From the NCBI GenBank assembly GCA_026770705.1, contig JANJGN010000035.1:7998001-8062000 (forward strand): a stretch of 64,000 nucleotides of DNA, read 5' to 3'. The position numbers and the translations under genes are program-made. The DNA comes from Isurus oxyrinchus (lineage: Eukaryota). The notes beneath the pieces were generated by a model. That model searched no databases. It worked only from the letters and a program-made list of their open reading frames with translations, and was not told the DNA's origin. Below are positions 13,238 through 26,680 of the stretch, in pieces (positions within the stretch are counted from its first letter, which is position 1; each line of letters starts with the position of its first letter).

Positions 13238-15091
13238 ATGGATCCTACGTTAAGTCTCCACAGATCTATGATCTGGTCGGCAATCATCACTGCTCAGCCC
13301 GCACCACAGGGCAGCATGGACAGTGCCGAACGCGACACACAATGGGGAATGATAAATGCAACAGTAGGAGAGCAAGTGCTATCGATTTGTAGCAAGGGTT
13401 TGCATCAGATCGGGCGTGGAAAGGTCTGCCCAAAAGAAAAATAAAGTACCACTACCCAGAAACCTCACACGTCTACTTCCACAATCCGAGTAGAGATACT
13501 TGAAGCCTCTCAAACCACGCCAGCCGACCCACCTTGACCGTTCATCTACCCAGGGCCAACAAATGGTCTCGTATTGATCAAGCAAAATTAAGTTTTATAT
13601 GATAAAGTACAAAATGAGCTTATACCCATAGTCTTCACCGATACTCCGTGTCGTCCTGCTGAACTCACATCCAAGCACTGTATACGGCCTGACGAGCCAT
13701 TTGATGGTTCACGCGGTTCAGTTTAATGGCGGGATGCGATTAACCCAAGAGTGGGCCCGAGTTAAGCACCACCTGAAAATGGCAAAACCAGTTTATTCAA
13801 CACAGGCACACAAATATTTAAATCCATCGTCCTAGCAACTTTCGATCTGACTGTCCATACCCTGAGCTTTTGCTTGACGTGATATTGGGGTGGAGGCAGG
13901 AGATGTAGGTTACCTAATTAGATATGGACCAGGACGTGACATGGTTAATTCAAAGTTTGGCTACCGTGCTCGAATTTCATGCGGGGAATACAATAAACTA
14001 ATTGAAATAGGAAAAAAAATATTTCAGGCGAAGTGAACAACAATGATGCTTGCAGCAGCTATCGATGTTGGGCGTTTGAACAAACCAGAGAAAATTTAAG
14101 ACAGATTAATGAAGGGGTAGCCCCTTTATGAGAATCATGCATTGACCAGCTGCCAGCTCAGAGGTTTGACATGGCTATATAGATTGAATGTTGAATGCAT
14201 AGTGAATAGTAACATGCTAATCGGCATTGTATTAGTAATACCTGTTAAACCAATGTCAAAACCCAACAGGACATTATATAGAGTAGGAAATATTGTGGTT
14301 ATAAGGGAGAATTATTCTATTAAGTATCATGTTATTCCACCATATGCAGTAGACTTAGAAGGGAACATACTTAGTATTACATTAAAAGAGTGAACGATAG
14401 AGGCCACCACAGTAGTATGCACATCAAACATATCAGACAGATGAAGCTAAGTGGATATAAAGCAACAGGAAACTGTACAATAGAAACTATATGGGCTACA
14501 AAAGAATCGATCCATGTTGCAAATACAGGGAACGGGAGATTTGTATCACCATGTGGCAGGAAAGAATCCAATATGGGGGTAACCAGATATGCACCATCGA
14601 TAATCTTTAAGCGTGCTTACAACCATAGCACCAGCAGGGTAGAAAAAGTGGAACATATCGAAATAAAAAGATCAGTATGACTACTATTCCAGTCAAGGAA
14701 GGCCTAAAGCATAACCAGAAACAATATTTGAAAAAGGCTCCTTCGAAATTCCCCTATTACCAGACCAACTGACCACGATTCGGCGGTTCAGCATATATAC
14801 AAAACTTACTATGCACTGCACCAACAGGTTATAGTCTTAAAGACGAATATTGAACAAATAGATTCTTCCACATGGTCTGAGGCCTTATGGAAGTGCAGAA
14901 AAACCCGTGGATTTGGATTATGTCCCATTCCATAGTTATACTTCAGATGATATTGATTATGTATCTAATATACTTGATTCATCGCAGCACAATGTCACAA
15001 AATGTAGTGTTGGGGGAGTTTTATTAGATGCAGTAGGAATCTCGTAAGACAGACTTTGGAATTAACCGACCAGATCATGCAGATGGTTTGA
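13238..15091 (+). pseudogene. env: Decayed env, class I fusion-type glycoprotein
   Basis: Lies between IN and PPT; Cys-spaced beta-rich segment (IGIVLVIP...LYRVGNI...IPPYAV; CTIETI...VANTGNGRF), heptad YYALHQQVIVLKTNIEQI, Trp-rich linker, TM PWIWIMSHSIVILQMILIMYLIYLI (~14905-14980). Confidence 0.75.
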
Positions 15092-15251
15092 CCAGTACCT
15101 GCACACTTTACCTGACAAAGCTGGATGACTGGCCAGCATCAATGGGTACGGTAGGTAATGGTGGGGGAAGGGAGGGGCGGGCGATGGAGGGGGGTTTGGT
15201 GGGCGGTGTAGTGAGCACTCTCCACTATAGTTGGCTACCTTGGGCTAAGCC

Positions 15252-15269
15252 AAGGGTGAAAAGGAGGAA
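15252..15269 (+). promoter_or_regulatory. Polypurine tract
   Basis: aagggtgaaaaggaggaa just before the TG of the 3' LTR. Confidence 0.8.
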
Positions 15270-15270
15270 T

Positions 15271-15865
15271 TGTTACGAAGAAATAAATGAACACAGTATT
15301 GGTCAAGGGACTTGAAATAAAATATCCCAGAGTACAAAACCAGAATTGCTAGGTCGTTAACATTTAAAGTTCGGGCTGGGACAGAGAGATCAGACAAAGC
15401 TGAACATTGCAAATTCTCAGGGCTTGTGAGCATCAGCAAGGACATGTTGGACGAAGAAGAATGAAAATATTATGGATTGGGAGCATTGGGATTTAGACTG
15501 GAGTCAGAGGATGGCAATAACATAGATAGAGTGTTCTCTTCGAAAGATAGGAGAAGGAAAGACCGTCCCAGCATAGATAAGATTGCAGGTCCCTGCCTGA
15601 GTGAAGGTGGGGTCTGATGATGTAAGCACTTTATTTTTACAAGACACTTGTCTGTTTAAAGTAAATCTATATGCTGTTGAGATCTAAATCTGGCAACTGT
15701 TCTTGTATGTGACCAGTTAATGCATAAATATGATGCACACTTTTAGTTTAGCAGAGTAATGTCTCAAGCTGTGCTGAGATGGTGTCTTCCTTGCAATTGT
15801 TTGAATAAACAATCGTAACCTGTACCTGAGGCTCCTGTGGTCCATTAATCAAAGACACCACAACA
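15271..15865 (+). repeat. 3' LTR
   Basis: TGTTA...AACA termini; AATAAA at ~15804; homologous to the 5' LTR. Confidence 0.9.
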
Positions 15866-16690
15866 GCCGGCGATAGAAGGGGACAAAAATAAGGTATTAA
15901 AAAATGTCATGTGCTAAAACCCGAAAGTGGTGTTAACGGTAGTGGTTGGTGGTAAAGACAAAAGGTACGGAGAGTGGCATGAAGGCAAGAGAGCAGAACG
16001 TGATAATACCAGATCAAGAGTAGCATTGTGCGAAAGGGCATCATGGAACAAGTAACAGATGGCCCTGTATGTTTATGTGTGTTGGAGGGTGAAGTGGTCT
16101 GGGGGAAAGAAGAGATAGAGAATGGAATAGAAGGGGGATAGAAAAGGTGTTAAAAGCAAGGGAAATGTATGAAAATGAAATAGCAATGTACATAGAATAG
16201 TAAAAATGAATGTATACAGAAGAGGATTATAAAATGGGGAGAGGATGGAAATGGAAGAAAGAGTTCATGGCCTGAAGCTTTTGAACTCAATGTTATACAT
16301 CAGAAGGGTGTAAATTGCCTTTTCGGAAGAAGAGCTGGTTTTCTTTCAGTTTGCGTTAGGCTTCAGTGGGACATTGCAGCAGGCCAAGGACAGAAATGTG
16401 GGCATGAGAGCAGAATGGGGTTTTGAAATGGCACGCAACCAGAATGTTTGGGTCATGCATGCGTACAGTCAATATGTTCCACACAGCAGTCACCCAGTCT
16501 GAATTCAGATGCGCCGATGTAGAGGAGACCACATTGGGGACAGCGGGTGTAGTAAACAAAATGAAGGAGGTGTAACTGAACAGCTGATTCAGCTGACCCA
16601 TTTGTTTGTGCCCTAGGACAATGAGGAGTAAAAGAAATAGGGACAATTGTTTAACGTTCTCCAATCGCATGGGAAGGTGCCATGGTGTTT
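15866..16690 (-). mobile_element. Penelope 3' UTR + GIY-YIG remnant, right part of the interrupted copy
   Basis: Minus ORF 16356 ...HDPNILVACHFKTPFCSHAHISVLGLLQC, homologous to the 27171 ORF. Confidence 0.85.
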
Positions 16691-19600
16691 CGAGGTAGAC
16701 GGTGATTCAAAGTAAAGATGTTGGCAAAATACAACAACACTTGCTTGAAAAAACATGACTCGCTTTTAGTTCTGAGTGGGTCAAAACTCATAATATGGCA
16801 AAGACTCTATGTTCTAGATTTCCCCAGGAGTGGAAACGTTTCCTTAGCATCCAACCGCTCTAGTCACATGAAAAATAAACATATTATGGTTAGAACATAT
16901 TTAATTCCTCTAAACTGCAGAAACTGGGCATAAACAAACAACCATTCAACATTGGCCCATTTCCTTATGTTAAGAACGATTTTACTAAATATTCACTGTT
17001 CTCCCCTTGCAGCACACATGCCATTTTTCGATGAGGAAACAAAAAGACCCTCATGATTTTCTGTGCAATTGTTGCAATTTGCTACCATTTATGCTTTAAC
17101 TGATTTTGTACCAAACCAGTGCGAGTTTGCTTCTCCAGTTCCATAAAGTTTCTGCACACTAAATGCGTGTATTCGTGTATTGGAACATGCAGGTTGTGAC
17201 GAGCTGGTGAGATGGGATAATTTTTTCGACCGTATTCATTCTTCTCAGTTGGTCGCAATAAAGTACATAAGATTCTGCTACACAAGGATATACATTTTAC
17301 AAATCAGTTTGCAACTACCTATTTGAAATTTGAAGAATGAGGAGCCAATCAAACATCTTGTTCTTAAGCTAAACCAACATCACTGAGTGAACCACAATAG
17401 CCTAGGGTAAAATAAATGAATTGCGGCATCAATCATTTGGTTCTTATGCATTCATGCACTCACCATACCTGGAACAACCACCCTCCCTCCGCCCCCACAA
17501 GCATCACGCCCATACATAATCACAGAGGCAAGCATAGAGAGCTATCAGGGATATGGGGAATTGGGGAATTGTACTCCCTTAAATAAAGTGCTAAAATAGT
17601 AGGCTAGCTGTTTTTTTGGACGCGGTCGGAAATAGTATGTGTTGCATTTATGAAGCAATGCCCATTTCCTGGTATGATTCTGCTAACATTGACTTTTCAA
17701 CAGATGACACGCTTTTTTTCAAAAAGGGAGAGTGGGATGAATAGAGAGAGTACAGCTTTCAGAAGGTTTGAAGTCTCTCCTTGAAATACCTCAACCATTG
17801 TTTGTTTCCAAGGTGTTTGTTTGGATATGCGTCTGGCAAACATTAATTCACTGTCCATTACACAGCATTTTACTGTCTCTTGTACGAAATATTTGAGAAG
17901 TTATGGTATCAAAGTCACAGGTGATGATGTTTTCCCACGCCCCTGACGATTTGGTAGTCAGCTCATTCACGTTCCCATGACTGGAATGAAAGTCGTCCTT
18001 TCTGCTGATTGACAGTTTTACATTGTTATAACGGGATTGCACTTTCTTAAAAAGAATTATAAATTGTACATTATCTTGCTTTTGAAAGTCATTTTAAACC
18101 GTTTTGTGTTTTTTTGGTCATCTATTGATATTTCAGAATCATATTAATGATACTGTAGTTACTGCATAAAATGTTGTTTCCAATGAAAATTTCGTTACAA
18201 ACTTCTGAATATTATAATAATATAAAACATGCACACAAATCAGCACCCATAATGTATGTGTCCTGGACGCTCTACTCTAATCTTTATTCACAGCTGAACT
18301 AAACTGCCTTACGTCCTGGATAACGTTCTTATTTATTTTTATTCAAGTTCAGTTAATTGGGTACAAATAAACCTTTCTGCATTGCGAAATATTAGATTGT
18401 ATCAGGGTTCTCAAGTAAATTTTCCTTCTCGTGGTCACTATACAAATGCATATTTTTTGGTGGGGGTATTGTATTACTAAATGTCTCTGCTCGGTTTGGT
18501 TTTATAACAACGCTATCCATTTCAAAAACCCGCGATTTTTGTTTTAGGACAACCCAGGAACTCTTATAAACTGGTTTCCAATATATTGGTGCGTTGGAAT
18601 TGCATGGTTAACCCAGCATGGTTCCGTGCCAGAAACTCTCTTTTTAATGGATTTTCCATCAACACTATAGTTGTTGAGGTTCAAAACTAGGTGACCATTG
18701 CCTTATTCATTCAGTGTTTAAACCTGAGTCAGTAGCACTGCTATTTACCTTGCGTTCCCAAGAAGTATGTTGTGCTTTGTGGTAGAGACGAGCCTCATCC
18801 TGTTTTTTTTGTGGTTGGGGGAGGGTTGTTGCGTGGGTGGGTAGGGGAAGCTGTTGTTCGAGGCACACTGATTCTCCTAAGGGAATTCTCAGCACATGAT
18901 GCACTCCACTGTGGCCCTTGAATGGTGTGTTGCAAAACCCATGTTCCTCCTTTGTCTATATGGGAAGTCCACTGGCTTACATTTAAAACGGCGATTAAAG
19001 TATCTAAATTTACAGACCCTTAAAGGGCTCAATTTCTTCTGCTGTCCTGCCTCCGACTATTTAAAAAGCATCATGTTTCATTTCTTACCCTTTTTCACTG
19101 ATGTTAGATTGGCTTCAGCCTTTTAAGTTGAACGTCTATTGCTTAGCTACTGCACATCCGACATATAGTATTTTAGTCGTCTTTACTTCCACTGGTCAAC
19201 CTCGACCCTCTTAAGTTCACGCTGTTCATCCATCACTACTTCAAACCGCCCTGGTTCCATCAACTCCTGTCAAAATTCCGAGCGCCTCAAACTTCATTCT
19301 TGATTTCCTCAATCATATGGGAAGTCCTATTTTTCAGCCTGCCTCTGTGAACTGACAGAGTCCACAGAGTTTAATTTCTCCTCCTTGCTATTTCATTGTG
19401 AAAATCTTCATCTTTATTGTCATCTTCTTCGGAAAACCTCTCTTTATTTTTAATCTCCCTCGCATTCTTGTCATAGCTCTGAAAATGACGCTCTCCATCT
19501 CTCTCTCACTCCTTCTTCTCCCTCCACCCCATTCCCTCAGCCCCCCCACCCCCCCCCCCCCCCCCCCCCACCCCACAGACCCCCGCCACTTACTGATTAG

Positions 19601-20650
19601 GCTTGAACTCAATTCATCTTTGTTCTAACTGTTTCATCATATTTTTTCCTCTCTCACAGTTGTCAATGGTTTTCAACAAAGCTTGAAATTCCTTTTCTAG
19701 AGGACATTGCCAGTTCCAAATCAGAATCTGTTTACCAATTCAAGAAATAAGCAATAATGGGCCAATCAAACAGGGTTAAATTGAGTTAGAGAATCGCAAA
19801 TAATTTAACCACTACAACAGAGACAAAAATGCTAGTCAATATTTCAGCATTCAAACAAGCCATGCAACTCCCGTCGTTTACTGCGTTCGTTCCCCAGCAG
19901 ATACCCAATGCACCTTTCACCCAGTTAACACCGCTCAACAATTTCAAGAGACATTGATTGTCCCGTGAGAACGCTTTCTGTAGTGGTATCTGCCTCACAT
20001 TGAAGTAAGTAAATATTTGTTCATTTCCAATGATTTCTCAGTGTACCTGTCTGTGCAACTATAATTTCATTATGGGAGAACTTTGCATGTTAATATCAGT
20101 TCCCAAAAGAAAAATATACTTATGACAAATAACAGTGCACATTTCAACAGGCAATGCTCTCTCCCACTCTCTGCCAAGGGTTTTGAGAGACTGGTCCTCT
20201 TCATCCACATCTTAATGGATTGCAATTGGTAATTTCAGCTAGATTTCTTTCCATTGAGTTAATAGGATTACTGTTTTTTCCAACGAAGGCAGGAAGAAAA
20301 ATGATGTTAGAAACTGTGTCTGTTTTTATTTTTTAAGAAGTCATTTTAAACACGTCTTTGCATATCTGTCCAGCTGTTCAAATTGCACATGCACACATCA
20401 TCTAATCGTGGCAATGTTCTGATAACAATCTGTCTCTATCTTAAAATGTTTATGATTCTACAAAAGTGAAAAACTTCAGGTTTTGCAAGACTTCCTTCTG
20501 TCTATCAAGTTTACCTCGATATATCGCATTGCTGTATCTATTTTTTGCCTCCCTGTTTACTTCCCACACAACTGTTAACAAACTATTAGATATTGCACAA
20601 CGTCCTCTGAACAAATTTGCTAAATCAATTGGGAGTAGACAATGTATTGT

Positions 20651-20747
20651 TTTGTACCAGGCTGGAATCCTGAAACATTTCATTTACACCTATTGTATTT
20701 GTACCAGTTTGGAATCCTGAAGTACTTCACTTACATCTGTTGTATTG
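20651..20747. repeat. Tandem duplication, 2 x ~47 bp
   Basis: tttgtaccaggctggaatcctgaaacatttcatttacacctattgta / tttgtaccagtttggaatcctgaagtacttcacttacatctgttgta. Confidence 0.8.
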
Positions 20748-23149
20748 CGTGTAAATCATTCAACACTCAAAGTACAAATAAATTGCACTAATTTATTGCT
20801 TCGCACAATGCGATGTGTTTTCTTTAAAATAAAACAGGACCAAATGCACTGCATCAATTTGATTCATTTACTGATCCTAATATTAAGATGTTCAAAGCTA
20901 TGAGACTCAATTTCCAAGTCTAATTTTTTTGTTATTGTTAATCATATTGTGTACTTCTTAAAGGATTATTTTTAAACGCATCCTTATTAAATGATGCAAA
21001 TGTTTTGCTCAGTAATAATGTTAGGCAAACATGCCTATAGTTCATGATTTCTATTTTGTTCCTTTTCTTCATCAGCCATGTCATGTTCCTTACCTTCAAA
21101 TTATTGAGAGCTGTCGGAGAATAAAATTAATATTTGAACCTTAAACTTAACCAATCCTCAACAAACGCTTCTAATAACTTATTATTAAGTAAACAAAGTT
21201 CCGAACTGCTAACACAAGTTGGTCATCATAAACTGCCCAGTACTATTTATCTAAATAAATCAAGTTAATTAAATGTTTTGTTGTCAATTTATCCATGGCT
21301 TCTTGCATCATCTTTTTTGGATTGTTGGCGTATTTTCACATGAAAACAAACACAACATATGAGGATAATATATCCGCCAGGTCCTTGTATCCTGCCGCAT
21401 TTGATTAATTTTATGGCTCTCCTGACCTCACGTTTGTGTGCACTATGTCACCCTTTCTCACTCATATTTAGCCATATGTGCCATGCTTTATGTGTTATTT
21501 ATACACACGGAGGAATGTATATTTGCTGTGAGTAATGTATTAATTACCTGAATGTCAGTCATTTCCTGTTTACAAATGTACCTTTAATTGTAAATTTCCA
21601 ATTGCCTATAACCAATTACTTCCGTAATTTGCAGCTTTTTTTAAGTTACAACGCTTGGGATTTCGACTTAGTGAGATCATTTCCAAACTAAATAATAATA
21701 ATAACTGTCTTGCTGCTTATAATCTGTAACAACAGGACTCTTATTTGCCATAAACAGAGTGTTTCTGTGAAGCCAATTACATGTTCTGCCATCAGAAAAA
21801 AACGCTGCGTGTGTACACGCATTTCAATGCAGGTGTGATGAAACGTAAACGCTGACATTATTGAACCACGTTGTGCTCGCAAAACAACAAGTTTAGATGT
21901 GATTTAGCGACTGGTATTTTGAGCAATCCAGAAATATTTAGAAATAAGTCTAACAACCACTGTAATTTTATCAGTCACTCTCGCTGTGTAGTTCACTTGA
22001 ACTGGCTACATGCAACGTACCTGCATATACAGGAGCGCATCATCTTCACTAGAATGAACGTGCTGCGCATTGCATACCTTTTTATTTATTTAAATGAAGG
22101 GCTTTGGGACATTAGTTCCCTGCATTCTCCATGTCAACACGTACATGAATCAGGACTAATCCATGTGACACATGCAGCAGAAATTCTTATTTCCCTTGAA
22201 ATTTCGCCTTTTGGCTCCTGCACTTCTGGGTTTAGGACGGAATTCGCCATCAGCATATCTCTTTTTCTCAGACATACTGAATAAAGCATCTATGAAATTA
22301 TTACTTTTCTTCCTGCAAGCCACATTCCTACATGGTGCTCATTAGCTCTTACTGATTCCTAGACATAATTCTGAAATAAAGCTTGATTAGAAAAAAGGTG
22401 GTTAGTCCATATTGTCACCTAAAAACTTTATTTGCATATATTCCACTAACTCTTCCTCCAGACTATTTCTGCAATTATGGCTAACCAGTCCATATTTAAA
22501 TTAATTACTCCAATGAACTGCTATAATGTTTGCCCCCAATCAGCCCCCAATTTTTTGTTGCATGCGTTTACCTACAGTAAAAATTATGGTAGGGACCATA
22601 AAAGTAACTTGATTTCTTTGTCCTTTGCTGCTTTTTAACACGAATCAAAAGTTTTTTAATACTTAATTCTCCCTTACCACCACCCGTTTAACTTGCACCA
22701 GTACGCCTTACTTTATTTAAAGGCTCTTGTCTTTCCAGATAACACAGAGGTTTATTTTCTATTTTTTACAGCTTCATCTGCATGCACATTTAAACGTTTT
22801 AATCTCTACATTCCGTACATTATTATAAAAGACGATTAATCTCGGAGATCTCTGTTTTTATTTCAGGAAATTGGCGACAGATGTTCTAAGTCTTTGCTGC
22901 ATTTTTCTTTTTTGATACCTGAATAGTAGGCATAATATATTAAGGCATGCCTACCAATTATGGAGAGAGGAGCGTTGCAGTATGCCCTTGTATGAGGAAT
23001 ACAATTATCTTTCGTTACGCAAAGCTGGAAAAGTCTAAACTGAAAGCGAGGAGTCTTTCAACAGATCATACGGGATTTTCGAAGCAAAGGAATCTCAAGT
23101 GTTAAAATTCCAACTGCACGGGAGAAGTATGTGATTCTCGCAAGATAAT

Positions 23150-24465
23150 CTAAAAAAAATGAAACAATATTCCTTATTACTGAGTTCCATTAAGTATTAT
23201 GACGTCTTGTCCGTAGGAACAGCCGTACAATTCCAATACTTCCAACGACCACCATACCAGGCTACAGTCGACAATCAGCTTGGGCAAGCAAGGCGTCGGC
23301 AATAGTGTTATCGAGCTTTACATAGCACTAATATATTTACAGAACAAAGTTGGCTTTAGGGTCACTCAGCTCCTGAACTCGTTACAGCCTTGATCAAAAC
23401 AGGGACATATGCTTTGAAATCAAGAAGTGACGTGAAGGGGATTGTCCTTGACATCAAGGCAGCTTTTGACCGAATTTGACATCAAGCATCCAGAGAAAAC
23501 GGAGTCAATGAGGCACAGCGGAGGAATTGTCTTCGTTTCTCGTGTCACAAAGGAAGATAGTTGTGAGAGCTGAAGTAAATCATCTCTATACAGGAAAAAT
23601 GCTTCAGGGGCTCTTCAGGGCCCTGCTCCAGGTTCAAACATCTTCAGCTGCTGCAACAATTACACCCCTTCCATCATACATTCCTAACCGCGATTCCCAC
23701 TAATTATTGTGCAACTGTCGGATAAATTTGTGACTTCTCAGATACTGAAACAGCACCTGTCCATAGACAGCAGGATTTGGACAATATTCAGGCTGGGTCT
23801 GATAAATAGTTAGCTATATTCACGCCACACAAATACTACACAATGAACATTTCAAAAAGCAGATAACGTAACAATCTCCCTTTCCATGTCCAGTGGCTTT
23901 ATCATCGCTGATTACCCCGCTATCAACAAAATGGAGGTCACCATTTAACAGGAACTGAACTTGGCCCGCCAGGTAAATGCTGTGGCTGAAAGAAAAGGGC
24001 AGTGGCTGGGAATTCCTCGGATAGTAAGTCTTTCCTGGCTCTCCAAATGTTGTCCACCATCTACAGGCCAGACTTCAGAAGGATATTGGAATAATCTGCA
24101 TTTCCCTGGACGAGTGTAAATCCAACAACACCAATAAACTGGGCACTATTCAACGCAAATCCGCCGGTTTGATTGGCATCCAACCTGAACTTTAAACAGT
24201 CACACCCCCCTCCACTAATGCATAATGGACGCCATGGAAAAAAATCACCGAGGGTCCTTCGCCAGCACCATGAAAAGCCGTGACCAAGCCACAAGGCATC
24301 CCGACTTGGAACTATATTGCCGTTTACGTACTCTCAGTGAATTAAAATTGTGCAATACGTCCCTTAAATAACCATAGGTGCCCATATTACACACATGGAC
24401 TACAGCAGTTCAACTTGACGATCACCAAAGTTTTATAAGGGCAATTAGGATGGGCAATAATTGCT
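23150..24465 (+). mobile_element. CR1/L2-clade LINE RT to 3' tail (same family as 2000-4156), decayed
   Basis: VLDIKAAFDRI at ~23445; 3' tail gggcaattaggatgggcaataattgct. Confidence 0.8.
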
Positions 24466-26680
24466 AATCTATCCAGAGGCAGCTAGATCCTATCTTGGGT
24501 AAAAAGAGAAAGTATTCTTTCAGAGAGTCAAATTTTTCAAAAGTGAAATTATATACTGTGTAATCGAAGTAAAAGATTTTTGGAAAGTGGCAAATAGCAG
24601 GCTTATAGAAAGAATCTGCAAAACAATGAAAGATGATTTGAACAGGTACAGTAGGCATTGCTTGAATTTTTTACAGCCAATGGTCATTGTATCACTCCGT
24701 GGTTTACTAGAAACGCACATTTTTCACGTTTTGCAAATAATATATTCCAATCCTAGACATTGATGCTGCATCTATTTCAAAACTTTCATTCAACGATTTC
24801 AGTTACTATCATGACGGGATATGAATATATATGCCAGTTCCTTTTTTTTTCAACTAGAGTCCGTTATTCCCTTGGTCCTACTTTGTTGGTGCATGGTACA
24901 GATATTCCCGCTGTAGTCATAAGCGACAGTTGGTTGTGCAGATTTAATATAAATCTTTGAATTTGGGTTAATTTTTGGGCTGATGTTCGCCGACCGTGTC
25001 CTTTGCCTTTCAGAAACTGAAGTAAAACAATTACTTTTGGTGCAATAGGTAAGGTCAAATTGTGTGTGTTAATTGGTTAATGTTGGTGGATTTGTCCATT
25101 GCAATGGATTCCTATTTTTTTTAGATTCTTCTCGATTGGCACTCGTTTATTGCATTATTTCCTTGGCTCCACGGTTGCATTCTGACGAGGCTCCATTGAA
25201 TTCTAGCATGCAAACCTTCATTATATGATTAACTACCAAGAATATGGACGAATTTTCATTTCTAAATCGATGTATATGAGCAAACATCATTGCTGAAATA
25301 TCTGAAGATAGTAGATTTCTGATTAGTACCATAGAGGCCATAGCCAGCACATTGAGGACACGCTCCTTATTGTTTTAAATCATTCGTTGACAATTCCAGA
25401 GCAAATTACTTTAACAGAGAGCACAACGAGAACAAATAAAACGACTTCCATATGGACACATATCACAAATTCTGCTCATGCTTGTTTGTTGCTTATTACT
25501 GCACGAAACACTGTCATGCAAAAAGATAAATTACCACCTAATATGGATATGTCTAATACATACATGCCTTCTTTTCTATTTTACTGAACACATTTGCTCT
25601 TGAAAGTAACTGACCAGATTTGTCCAAGTAATCTTCAAATGAATGACCCAGCATCTGAGCGTAGAAGTCAGTAATTCTGCATAGCTGGATATCCGTGCAA
25701 CTCGCCAACATTTGTATGATTTTAGCATCTCAATTTTCTGCGATAATTAAGATGAGAACAAATTAAACAAAAATAAATGAAGTATACTCTGATCTACAAG
25801 CTATCACGGTATTGAAATCTTTTAAAACACGCAGCAGTCTGAATAGCTGTGGCTCTTGGGTGGAAATTGAATTGCTGGGGGAGGGGGGGGGGGGTACTGT
25901 TGGGGTCGGAGGGTGGTGAAATGGGAGCGGATTTTAATGAATAACCCCGTCTCATTTTCGTTGAATTGCTGGATGGGAAGCAAATTTTGTGGCATTTTAA
26001 GAGTTATTTAAACAATAACGCATTCCAAGCATGGATGGCACCATGAAGAATATCCAGTTAGCCACTCTGACTGGCGGCCTTGCTTGTAACGTCGTCCAGT
26101 GAACTGGTCGTGTCAATATATTAGTAATCAACTGAAGGATCAGTAGTGTGGCGATGTCGTTATTAAGGGGAACACAGAAACCAGGTCAACTATTTTACAT
26201 TTGTGTTGATCAGTAGAATGACATTGTTGATGAAAGCTGGACATAAGAAGCGAACGTTGATCAATGAAAGAAGCCACTGTGATTAGATGAGACTTTGTGA
26301 TTTTTAAAGAGTAAACAAACTGGATTACAAAGCCAGAGGTACCATAGCGAGTTTGAAGAATCGAGTCTAACGTTCAGAAAAATGCTGGTAATGTAGCAAA
26401 ATCATTAATATGGAATCGTTAACTCTTAAAATTGACCTATGATTTTTGCAGCTCCTGATCGTGGAATTACCAAACGAATCCAAGGGAGCGAATACCGTAA
26501 TGATATTAAGGATTTAGGCACAGCCATGGCTTTTATTTGTTTTCCAGAAATGAAAAAAATAAGTAGTAGGCATTGATTTTCATTTTAAATTAAACAGTAA
26601 ATGCTTCCTATCTCCTCTCTTCTCTTGCTGTCTTTAGCATGTTTACTTTTTTAAAGAAAACACATCGATATGAAATGAAA

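Larger units (their letters stand above)
8829..15865 (+). mobile_element. Endogenous retrovirus provirus (LTR-gag-[pro]-IN-env-LTR), defective
   Basis: Paired LTRs, tRNA-Ser PBS, PPT, 5-bp TSD GCCAG (8824-8828)/GCCGG (15866-15870), integrase and env remnants. Confidence 0.92.

Noticed and set aside
19000-19480. Possible ancient L2 fragment
   Set aside because: Pyrimidine-rich with only vague similarity; no motif I can defend
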